Origin: Felis catus
Taxonomy: Eukaryota
Assembly: GCF_018350175.1 (NCBI RefSeq)
Contig: NC_058383.1
Span: 4,526,001 to 4,590,000, forward strand
Direction: 5' to 3'
Length of the DNA: 64,000 bases
In this document: positions 30,089-40,110 of the stretch, one piece after another
Position numbering within the stretch: position 1 is the first letter of the stretch
Layout: the number at the start of each line of letters is the position of its first letter
Program-made: the position numbers and the translations under genes
The notes under the pieces: generated by a model
What the model was told of the DNA's origin: nothing
What the model saw: only the letters and a program-made list of their open reading frames with translations
Database searches by the model: none

Positions 30089-31004
30089 GATATGCCCAGT
30101 TTTCCAGTTGCTTGCTGTGAGCAGATGACTCACCAACTTAGGGAGTGGAAGTCTTAGCACCATTTTGTCCTTCTCCTGAGCAATAATGTTTTTGAAATCA
30201 TGGATTTTATATTGTGTTTATATTGCTTGTATTCATATTAAAATAAATAACTGTTGGGGTGCCTTGGGTGGCTCAGTCGGTTAAACGTCCAGCTCTTGAT
30301 TTCGGCTCAGGTCATGATCTCACTGTTGAGCCCTGCATCAGGCTCCGCACTGTCAGCACAGAGCCTACTTGGCATTCTTTCTCTCTCCTTCTCTCTCTGC
30401 CTGTCCTCCCTGCTCAAAGTAGGTAAACAAACTGAAAAAAAAAAAAACCCAACAAAAAACTATTAACATGAAAACACGTATCAATTAAAATGATTTTGCC
30501 CAGCAACAGTGGTATGTGTGTCTGCCTTGGAAAATCTTGAGCCAGTCTAATCTCAAAGTATTATAAATAGCTGGAAAGCAGAGGGCCTGTGACTTGCCTG
30601 AGGTCACACGGACTGTTAATTTCCAATTCTGATGTGAAACCCAGGCAGTTTACCAATTTCCAGATTCTTTCCATTGCAAACCCCACCCCATGCCCCATTG
30701 CTTTCTCTTCTCCTTTGTCTATCTCTTTTCACATCCATGTTTTAAAGGAAGCTTCTGAGGGAAGAATCAGACTCTAAAATGTGTGTTGAATGCCTACACT
30801 TAGCCTATTCATCATTCAGTCATCAGATCAAATGCTGTTTTTCTCACAGAAACCTTCTCAGACAATTTGGGGGTAGATCAGCGTCCCTTTTGAAATAGTC
30901 CTTTATAGTCCATTTACAATTTTTAATTATGTTTGAATTAGTGATTAGTTATTATTGGAGGAATGCTGTCTCCTCCATTGTGGTATACTGTATGAAGACT
31001 AGTG

Positions 31005-31006
31005 TT

Positions 31007-31064
<58 letters not shown>
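31005..31064. repeat. (TTTC)15 tetranucleotide microsatellite
   Basis: Directly visible. Confidence 0.97.
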
Positions 31065-31067
<3 letters not shown>

Positions 31068-31339
31068 TCTCTACTCTTCCTCTAGTGCATAATGGCTAGC
31101 ACATAGAACCCACTCAATAAATACGTGTTGAATACATTTGCTAAAAACAGCATCAATAGAGAAGCTGTAAGCCACTCAAAGTCTCAAAGAGATGCCTGAA
31201 TAAGATCTGATCAGGACTTGCTGGTTGAGCTCTAAAAAGCAAAAAAGCTACAGAGTGTATCCCCAGATCCATCAAAGTGACCCTAGTATGGGAGGTCTGG
31301 TCTGCCACTCTGGGGCAGATGATGCCAGCTATCTTTCAG

Positions 31340-31866
31340 TCACCACGTTGGAAGAATGCCAGGGCACACTCAAACCCCCTGAATTAGCCAACATCACCAG
31401 GGGATGTGAGCCTCGGTATTGTCCTGAGATCCAGCCATCACAGACCACCCATCAGAAATCCAAATTCATGACTCTCGTGGGACTCCAGGCCAGGGGGAAA
31501 GAAGGATTGAGAACCAAAGAAGCGATATTTACACATACCACCAGATGGAGGGACCATCTCATTAAAGGCCGTGGAGGTTGGCATCCCGACAATGATCCTG
31601 GGAATTTTACTGCGCATTGGCCATTGGTACGGAGAAGATGAAGTGGGTACAGAACCTTGAAGGACAAAAGCCTTCTTGCTGGCAAGAAGTACCTTGACAG
31701 GAAAATGCCCATGTCAGGGGCTTGCCCACCAAGACACCAAACTGCCTTTTCTAGAGAACAGTTGTACACCTGTGGTCCCCAGTGCTCTACCTGCCTGTGA
31801 GAAACTCTGAATAACAATCACCTTATTCACCTTGAGAGCCAGCGAGGTACCCAAGAGGTGCTGAAG
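31340..31866 (+). pseudogene. EXOC3-like relic, segment 3 (start of the Sec6 domain)
   Basis: ELAN resembles EXOC3 ELAK. WRDHLIK-AVEVGI (31546-31585) resembles EXOC3L1 WRQRCLRALQEGL. KWVQNLEGQKP (31641-73) resembles GWLEALRVALP. CPPRHQTAFSREQLYTCG (31723-76) aligns gap-free with CPPQYNVVQLWAHTLHSG. Confidence 0.72.
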
Positions 31867-31990
31867 GTGATTTCCTTCATGCCCTGGCTTGAATTTAATA
31901 TAGGTGACAGATGTTCTAAATTAGACTTCCGAAGGTAACACTGTATGTCATCTCTAGTAATAAGCTTAGTGTCAAATTCTTAGTAGGGTG

Positions 31991-32363
31991 ATGTTATGGG
32001 CTGAGCTGTGTCCCCCAAATCTTCATGTGTTGATGTCCTAATCGCTAGTACCTCAGACAGTGACTGTATCTGGAGACAGGGTCTTTAAAAAGGTAATTAC
32101 GTTAAAAAGAGGTCATTAGGGTGGGTCATAATCCAATATGACTGAAGAGACGAGGACACAGACAAACACACAGAGAAGACCAAGTGAAGACTCAGAGAGA
32201 AGGTGGCCATCTTGTGCCAAGGACAGAGGCCTCGAAGAAACCAAATCTGCCAACACCTTGATCTTGGACTTCCCAACTTCCAGAACTGTGAGAAAATACA
32301 TTTCTGTTGTCTAAGCTGCCCAGTCTGTGGTACTTGTTATGGTAGCCCCAGCACACCGATATA
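31991..32363 (+). mobile_element. MaLR solo LTR (MLT1A-like)
   Basis: Starts tgttatgggctgagctgtgtccccc and contains the hallmark acaccttgatcttggacttcc...cagaactgtgagaaaatacatttctgttg. Confidence 0.88.
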
Positions 32364-32879
32364 GGCAACTAGCTGTAATAATCAAGTAAAGAAGTGATGA
32401 GAAGTATTCACACGGGAAAAAGGAAGAAGCTTTGTTAATAAAGATTGTAATGCACGTACTAAAAAAAAAAATGCATCAATATGGAACTGTAGAGACACAG
32501 TGAAGGGGGTGATCATTCATTCCTGGGGGGGATGGAGACTAAAGAGGGAGGGTCCGTCAACGGAGGGTGAGGCGGATTCTGGAAGGATGAACAGCCATTT
32601 ATTGGGTGAAGAGTTTGGGCTGGAGGAGGGGAGGAGAGGGTGAAAGAATGTGAAGGGTGCTCGGGAGCAAAGTCCTGATGGTGGGCAAGAACACAGTGAG
32701 CAGAGGATCTAGGAGGTGACGAAGTAAAGCAGGGAGTGGAGAGGGGTGGGGGGGGTGGGAGACAAGGGAAGAGAAAAGCTGGGACCAAATCCCAGAAGAC
32801 TTGGGGCGCCAGGCTGAGGGATCTGACAGCACCATGGAAAGTTCGGAAGCCAGTGGAGGCGTTGCAGACTTCCTTTAAC

Positions 32880-32911
<32 letters not shown>

Positions 32912-32961
32912 CAACACTTGGGGGTGCCTGACTGGCTCAGTCTGTAGAGCACACAACTCTT

Positions 32962-33186
32962 TTTTTTTTTTTAATTTTTTTTTCAACGTTTATTTATTTT
33001 TGGGACAGAGAGAGACAGAGCATGAACGGGGGAGGGGCAGAGAGAGAGGGAGACACACAATCGGAAACAGGCTCCAGGCTCCGAGCCATCAGCCCAGAGC
33101 CCGACGCGGGGCTCGAACTCACGGACCGCGAGATCGTGACCTGGCTGAAGTCGGACGCTTAACCGACTGCGCCACCCAGGCGCCCC
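32962..33186 (-). mobile_element. Young SINEC_Fc-like element inserted inside an older short SINE
   Basis: Perfect TSD gagcacacaactctt at 32947-32961 and 33187-33201. The host SINE runs from about 32919 to 33280 (+). Confidence 0.92.
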
Positions 33187-34098
33187 GAGCACACAACTCT
33201 TAATCTCAGGGTTGTGAGTTCAAGCCCCACATTGGATGTAGAGCCTACTTAAAAAAAAAAGAAAAGAAAAGAAAAGAAAGAAATGACAAGGGCAGCCTGG
33301 GTGGCTCAGTCGGTTAAGCTTCTAACTCCTGATCTCACCTCAGGTCTTGATCTCCAGGTCATGAGTTTAAGCCCCATGTTGGGCTCCATGCCAGGCATGA
33401 ATCCTACTTAAATTAAAAAATAAAATAAAATAAAAATTTAAAAACCCACTTGGAGGATGGCTGTGTCCACTCAAATAAGATCAAAGTCATTGAGACAAGC
33501 CTTCCACTGGACACAACAAAAACAATGTGGATGTCGCATAAAACAACTTCTTAAAATAATCACAGAGCCACAAGATCTTGAGTCGTTACTGGGCTGAGAG
33601 ATCCAAAGAGGATGTTAATCCGGGGGAGTCAATCAGGTGCAGGGCTGCCTGGGCCTGGGGTCACTCACTGGTCCTTTCCTAGGAGAGACTCTGAGGGTTT
33701 CATGTGACTAGGGAGAGGGTGAATGTTCTGACTTGGGAAACTTGACAGATGGGGTACAGAAGAACTTCCATTCTGGAGGTCAAGGCCGTGCTTTTCAGCT
33801 GGGACTTCCTGAGTTGAGATGCCTGCCCCCATGAACCTCCATTGTCTCTCGCCACACGTGGGCTACTCCCCTGTGGTAGAGGGTCCATAAAGGGAGCTGC
33901 TTTTGAAGAGCCTGGCCATCAGCCTTCCCCCAGGTCCATTTTTGCCTTGCCATGTCCATACTCTTTATCTTGAACTTGGAATACTTTGGGTTTTCAACTC
34001 TGCTCCTCTCCTTGGTTCAGCACTATGGCCCTTTTGGGAAAGCAGGCCCCTAACAAGAAGCCTCTTCTACCAGAACTGTGCCTTCTCTGCTTTCACAG

Positions 34099-34270
34099 GA
34101 GTCATTTTGAGCCTCAGTTTGTCTCTTTCATGAGGGACCTCCTAGAAAGGTTCCCCGAAGCAGCTGACGTATTCCAACATCCTGAATTTGTCTTGCTAAA
34201 TTTCTGACCCTAATTCAAGAAGATGTCCCTGCTTAACATGGTGCAAACATTTCCAGATACAGTCCCAAAC
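34099..34270 (+). pseudogene. EXOC3-like relic, segment 4
   Basis: Strong acceptor ccttctctgctttcacag| (AG 34097-98). QFVSFMRDLLERFP resembles EXOC3 EIVSLLTWVLNTYT. LLNMVQTFPDTV resembles VSELLDTYMSTL. In-frame stops or compensating frameshifts occur near 34205-34230. Confidence 0.62.
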
Positions 34271-34879
34271 AGTCATTCCTCTCTGGAGGGCATTTCTGTC
34301 CTGCCTGTTTGCCATGTAGGAAATGCTACATACGCAATGAAAGAATGATGGCTGAGATAGCATCGCAAACACATATTGTGCAACTATTTTGTCATGATTA
34401 TCACTTTTGTTTTCATTTAGGCAAATCTTTCAGAGTTGTTGGCGTTGGTGGGGGGTGGTGGTTTTCAGCAGGGGAGGCTTCTTTTTACTTAGTACTCCTG
34501 GAAACCATGTCACAAATACCTCTTAATTCAAGTAGGAAGGTATGTAGGAAGGTGCACGTATCATGAGCTTGATGAATTTTCACGAAGTGAACACACTTGT
34601 ATAATTGGCCCCAAAACAAGACAAATAACTTGACCAGAACCCCAGAAAACCCCTCCTGCTCTCTTTTGGGCACTGCCCACCTCTCCCTTAGATGACTAAG
34701 GGTAGTCATTATCCTGACTTTTAAGGCCATGGATGGGGTTCTCCAGGCTTTTGTGCCCTTTATTTCCTAAATGTGTACAGAATTATATTGGATATACTCT
34801 TTTGTGCCTGGCTTCTTTCACTCAGCATTACAACCGGGAGGTTCATTCCTATGTAGGTGTGAGTCATTTTCATTGTTGG

Positions 34880-37708
34880 AGAGTGGTTCTCAAAGTGTGG
34901 TCTGGAGAGCCCTGCGGCTTCCCGAGACTGCCTTCAGGGAGTCTCTGAAGTCAAAACTTTTTTCATAGAGATACTAGGCATTATTTTCTATTTTTGCTAA
35001 TGTGCAAAACGATGATGGGTAAAAGTGTTGGTGTCTTCACATTAATCGAGACAATGGCACTAACCTATACCCACATGCACTTGCAAGAAAAAAAAATCCA
35101 GTTTCACTTAAGAATGTACTTGATTATTGGGTCGCCTGGGTGGCTCAGTCGATCAAGTGCTGGACTTCGGCTCAGGTCATGATCTCATGGTTTGTGGGTT
35201 CGAGCGCTGTGTCGGGCTCTGTGCTGACAGCTCGGAGCCCGGAGCCCGCTTCGGTTTCTGTGTGTCTCTCTCTCTGCCCCTCTCCCTCTCTCTCTCTCTC
35301 CCTCTCTCTCAAAAATAAAATAAAACATTAAAATTTTTTTAAAAAAATGAATGTACTTCATTAGAAGCAGTGAAAGTATTGATTTCATTGGGACACCTGG
35401 TGGCTCAGTTGGATGAGCATCCGACTTCAGCTCAGGTCATGATCTCGTAGCTTGTGGGTTCAAGCCTCACATCAGGCTCTCTGCTCTCAGCACAAAGCCT
35501 GCTTTGGATCCTCTGTCCCCCTCTCTCTGCCCCTCCCCTGGTTGCACTCTCTCCAAAATAAATAAACATTTAAAAAAAAGTATTGACTTCATTAGATCTG
35601 GACCCTTGAGTACATGTCTTTTTCATACTCTGAATGGAGAGTATGCCCGAAATAGGGGTTGTCTTGAGGAAAAGCCTTTGGGTAATAGCTGAGTCATGAA
35701 CTAAACTGGCTACCTTTTTTTTTTTTTTTAAATGGAACACCATCTTTTTTTTTTAATATGTATTTATTTAAAAAAATTTTTTTTAACATTTATTTATTTT
35801 TGAGACAGAGAGAGACAGAGCATGAATGGAGGAGGGGCTGAGAGAGGGAGACACAGAATCGGAAGCAGGCTCCAGGCTCCGAGCCATCAGCCCAGAGCCC
35901 GACGCGGGTCTCAAACTCACAGACTACGAGATCGTGACCTGAGTCGAAGTCGGACGCTTAACCAACTGAGCCACCCAGGTACCCCGTAAATATTTATTTA
36001 TTTTTGAGAGAGAGAGCACACATGGGGGAGGAGCAGAGAGAGAGGGGGACAGAGGAGCTGAAGCGAGTTCCGTGCTGACAGCAGAGAGCCCGATGCAGGG
36101 CTCAAACTCACGAACTGCGAGGTCATGACCTGAGCTGAAGTCAGATACTCAACCGACTGAGCCACCCAGGCAGTCCTGGAACACCATCTTTTAAGAACGA
36201 CTGGCCAATAAAGTATGATATTTCAGACTCTGGCAGTGGGCAGACACTTTCTTGAAAGCAAATTTAAAAAAGTAACCATGTGTTTACTGCCAGTGATGAA
36301 ATTGGAGCTTTCAAGAGAAAATTAGAATCTTAGAACATTTATATCTGCCACTGTGAGCTTGGCAGTTTCCCAATACTTAAAAAAAATTTTTGATGAAATG
36401 GGTGGTGATATTAACAGATACTTTATGAAAGTATTTATGAAAGTATCTTATACTTTATGAAATGTGTCAACATTTGGAAAAGATGCATAACTCAGTGAAT
36501 GAGTATTTTCTGAATGAGCAAAGCCTGATGTAACAAAATCATGCGCGTGTAAAAGATCACTATAAAATGCAAGATAGGCCAAGGGCGCCTGGGTAGCTCA
36601 GCTGGTTAAGTGTATGACTCTTGGTTTTGGCTCATGTCATGTTCTCCCGGTTTGTGAGTTCAAGTGCCGGATGGAGCTCTGTGCTAACCGCACGGAGCCT
36701 GCTTGGGATTCTCTCTCTGCCCCTCCCTCTCTCTCTCTCAAAGTAAATAAATAAACTTAAAAGAATTATAAAATGCAAGATAGACCAAAGGATTTTAGTG
36801 AAACAGAGTTTAAAAATGTAGGTTGAGGGGCTCCTGGGTGGCTCATTCAGTAAAGCGGCTGACTCTTGATTTCAGCTCAGGTCGTGATCGCGGGGGTCGT
36901 GGGATTGAGTGCTGCACCAGGCTCTGTGCTAGGTGTGGAGCCTGCTTGGGATTCTCTCTCACCCTTTCTCTCTGCCCCTCCTCTGCTTTCTCTCTTTCTC
37001 TCTCAAAGTAAATAAATAAAATAAACTTTTTAAAAAATCTTAAAAAAAAAAAAAGAAACTACCACTTGCTGGGGCACCTGGGCAGTTCTTTCGGTTCAGT
37101 GTCTGACTCTTGGTCTCAGGATCTTGAGACATCAAGCCCCATGTTGGGCTCTGTGCTGGGTGTGGAGCCTACTTAAAAAAAAAAAAGAAAGGAAAAGTAA
37201 AAAGAAACTACCACTTGTCAGGTTTTAGTAAGATATCAAAGAAGAATATACATGATTGTCTGAAAAGACTATTAAAACACTCCTTCTTTTCATCATGTAC
37301 ATACGTGTAAGGCCACAATTGCTTTACACACTTCAACTAAAACAACATATTGCAACAGACTGAATGCAGGAGCAGAAGTGAGAATCCACCTGATTCCTCT
37401 GAAATCTGACATTTAAAGAGATTTGAGAAAATGCAAAACAATGCCATTCTTCCCACTCATGCTTTTTTGAGGGGTTGTTTTGGAAAATATAGTTATTTTC
37501 CACAGAAATAAAAATTTATGTTACTCCGTAATGAGTTCATTATTATTTTTTGTTACTTTGTAATGAGTTCATTATTTCTAAATGACTTTATAATTAAGTA
37601 TTTAGAGACCTCTCAATTTTAATTCCTAATACAGTAAACGCGATAACACTTTAGGGTCTCAAAATTTATGTAAAGGGCTTACAAAGCAAGTAAATTTGAG
37701 AAATTGTG
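34880..37708 (+). mobile_element. hAT-Charlie (Charlie1a-like) DNA transposon fragmented by about seven SINEs
   Basis: Starts agtggttctcaaagtgtggtc and ends tttgagaaattgtg. Internal Charlie1 motifs include tttggcagtttcccaatactta-like sequence, gaaatgtgtcaacatttggaa and actgaatgcaggagcaga. Confidence 0.8.
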
Positions 37709-38475
37709 CTGCACCACATTTTTTTAAACTTTTTTTTTTTAATTTTAAAAACAGAGGGTAAGAGAGAATCTTAAGCAGGCTCCACACTCAGCAGGGAGCC
37801 CAACGTGGGGCTTGATCCCACAACCCTGGGATCATGACCTGAGCCAAAATCAAAAGTCAGGTGTTCAACTGGCTGAGCCACCCAGGCGCCCCTGCATCAC
37901 ATTTTATGAAGGTAAAATTTTAACTGCAAAAAAGAATTTATTTGCAGTCATTTTTCCCCCCCTGTTACTTGGGGAAAAAGCCACCATTCAATTCTGGGTC
38001 AGCGCTCAGCTTGAGCAGAAGTTTGGGACAACACCAGGTCCTAGGCCATGTCGAGGGTACTGGAAATGGGGAGTTTCTCCTAGAGTGGTGGGCTCAGCTA
38101 TGGAAATGGAAACCAAGGACTATAGTAGGTCGTTTGAGTAATCACCTCCCCCGCCCCCACCGGCAACCCAGCCCCAGTGAATCATGTGTCCATGAAATAT
38201 GCAGTGTGACTTTGCCCCGCCACCCAAAAGGTGGAGTCAGGTAGACCCCACCCTCTGGATCTGTGGCCTTGAGACCAGCAGAATGCCACAGAAGGGACAC
38301 TGTGCAGTGGTCATTTTAAAAGTATCGTCAAGATGGGGAGCTTAAACTCTGGAAGCAAAGATTCCTGGGAGAATGACCGAGTTGATAGCACCGTCCCTGT
38401 CTGTCTTGGGGATGCTATGATGACTGGGCTGGGATGCCAGCCCAGGGATAACGGAGACATGTATTCGTCCTCCAG

Positions 38476-38530
38476 GCCAGAGTGGAAGATTGTTATCAGA
38501 GATTGCTCATGGAATCAACCGAGAAGGTGG
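38476..38530 (+). pseudogene. EXOC3-like relic, segment 5
   Basis: Acceptor ttcgtcctccag| then phase-0 ARVEDCYQRLLMESTEK-W, resembling EXOC3L1 ASVSQWLQNALDGEVAEW and EXOC3L4 AKIASCFDSILQLEQSHW (W in register after a 1-nt shift). Confidence 0.6.
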
Positions 38531-38766
38531 TGGCTGGTGGGGGTGGGAGGGACCTGGAGTCCCAGTGTCACTTACAGGGTTAAAACTATCAGACCCAAGA
38601 AGATTCAGGGTCAGTATCAATGCTGTAGCGGAGGGCTGATTTCTTAAATTTTGTGCATGGCAGGCTTGCGTTGGAGGGATGGGCCGAGTCTGGCGATGCC
38701 CGGGGTTGGGTCACACAAGTGGAAGTCGTTCCGAGAGCACTCATTCATTCAAGCCCTTTTTCTCAG

Positions 38767-38872
38767 TGATCTCAAGTTTCCCCTAGAGGTGGTTCTCTCT
38801 GTTGTGTTGAAATGCTTCCTGGATGCTTACTCTTAGCCTCCTTTGGCATGATTTGCTCGATCACGGGAGCTG
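38767..38872 (+). pseudogene. EXOC3-like relic, segment 6
   Basis: Acceptor ccctttttctcag| and donor CTG|GTGAGT. Translates as DLKFPLEVVLSVVLKCFLDAYS*PPLA*FARSREL (two stops), an amphipathic helix pattern. The exact register against the family is ambiguous. Confidence 0.6.
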
Positions 38873-39045
38873 GTGAGTGCCAGGCATGCCCGTGTGCTCC
38901 CACTTTGGGTAGTCACACTGGTTATCATGCTCGCTGTGTTCCGGGCTCTCCGCGGCTGTGATAGGCACGTGAGAGGAGGGGCTTTCTCTAGCGAGGATCA
39001 GCTGTAGAACTTTTCCTGGCATGTTCACACTTCCTCTTTTCCCAG

Positions 39046-39290
39046 GCCAACTTTTTATCAAAGCACAGTGGTTTTCTGGGAAAGGTTTTACAATCTCCTC
39101 TCAAAAAAAAAAAAAAAAAAAGCCGTGACTTGCACCATTTGATGATTGCCATGGGTAAATCCTTCCACCTTGACTGATTTCAGCCACCAGCTTGATGTCG
39201 ACTGACTTGCAAAACTTAAAAATGTAAAAGCCATCGCTTATAAGCCGGCGTGGGCTGGATCCAGCATCCCGCCCGGCCAAGACAGGAGGT
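39046..39290 (+). pseudogene. EXOC3-like relic, segment 7
   Basis: Acceptor cttcctcttttcccag|. ANFLSKH...HLMIA (MIA at 39142-50, in frame) resembles EXOC3 NSFLSRY...QYMIA with 27 vs 26 residues between FLS and MIA. After a frameshift, STLTDFSHQLDVD resembles EXOC3L1 SALSSSVSVLQLD. Confidence 0.65.
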
Positions 39291-39369
39291 ATTTTGGAAT
39301 CTCCTGTGCTACTGGAGTCTTAAACTGTTCCTGCTGTTTTGGGCTGTGTTTCTAACACACCGGGATAGT

Positions 39370-39650
39370 CCCTGATCACCCCTGTGAACTTCCTCCTCCG
39401 ACCTCACCTCCTGCGCCCCGCCTCCAGTCCACAGCTGTTCCTCAGTCCTGGAGGGCTGACTCAGTCTCCCCGAGCGCAGCACTTCAGAGGCTCTCTGGAG
39501 TCATGAGGTGGCACTGCCTGATGGCACAGCTGCTAACTGAACACATCCGGCCTCTGAGAAGAGCCCGGAACCCCTCTGCTCCTGCCGTGGCTGTAGAGGA
39601 AACTCCTCCAACAGTGTGGGCGGAAGCCGCTGCAAATCATGGCATCTCAC
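39370..39650 (+). pseudogene. EXOC3-like relic, segment 8
   Basis: LRPHL...FLSPGGL (from 39396) resembles EXOC3L2 LQPHF...WLSSPEAL. QLLTEHIRPLRRAR (39527-68) resembles RALVEYVRPLLRGR, followed by EAA in exact register with the family DAA. Confidence 0.72.
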
Positions 39651-39789
39651 TCTGCCGGGCGCTCAGGGGCATTCCACAAGCCCTCAGATGTCCTTGGTCC
39701 CCACTCTGTCACACTCCTCACACCAGCCTTCCCAGCCGTCCACGTCTGTTCATGCCTGCGCATCGTCTGACTTTGCTTCCTCGCTGCAG

Positions 39790-40110
39790 AGATCTGGTCT
39801 GCGCTCTCATAGACCTAGACTCTTCTCAGACATCACAGCGAACCATCAAGCCAGTGGCGTGTTGGAGCAGGAAGAGCCCGTTGTGTGCAATTCTTCCTGA
39901 CTCTGCGTTCAGTGACATCGCACCGGTAGCTTGAAATAGGCCACGGGGGAGCATTTACCTCACAGGAATCAACAGCGCTGCGCACCAGAGCTCACTCCCC
40001 AGAGAACCAGTCGTGAAGCTTTTAGTAGCCCTTATAGCGTTAGGTCTCCATTGCAAGGCAATGACTGACCTCTCAACCATTTATCTCGTTCCCAGATCTT
40101 TCTTTCACTT
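39790..40110 (+). pseudogene. EXOC3-like relic, C-terminal segments interrupted by MER63A
   Basis: Acceptor tttgcttcctcgctgcag|. LVCALIDLDSSQTSQRTI resembles TNFAIP2 TLAEIIRLQDPSAIKIEV. After the transposon, FPDLS (40089-40103) resembles EXOC3L1 FPDVS. Confidence 0.5.
39852..40035 (+). mobile_element. MER63A-like hAT element
   Basis: cagtggcgtgttggagc...ctctgcgttcagtgacatcgcaccggtagcttgaaataggcca...catttac matches the recalled MER63A consensus layout. Confidence 0.8.

Larger units (their letters stand above)
22460..40110 (+). pseudogene. Putative decayed EXOC3/Sec6-family (most EXOC3L1-like) pseudogene, fragmented and carrying many stops and frameshifts
   Basis: Colinear motif matches by eye to recalled human EXOC3L1/EXOC3/EXOC3L2: PKSERAEEI, SY-VEGVQ, IAQ-HK, VPA, QFCELLLSL, WRDHLIK-AVEVGI, KWVQNLEGQKP, CPP..G, FVSFMRDLLERF, ARVEDCYQRLL, REL|ANFLS, MIA, LRPHL, LTEHIRPLRRAR, FPDLS. 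Confidence 0.75.

Noticed and set aside
31225..31938. A frame of about 240 codons broken only by two TGAs (selenoprotein or readthrough?)
   Set aside because: No SECIS was recognised. The Sec6-like motifs switch frames within it, so pseudogene decay explains it better.
34099..34207. LLERFPEAADVF as a duplicated RNF216 exon (compare ETEARFPDVANGF)
   Set aside because: The similarity is limited to RFP. The flanking residues and position fit the EXOC3-family order instead.
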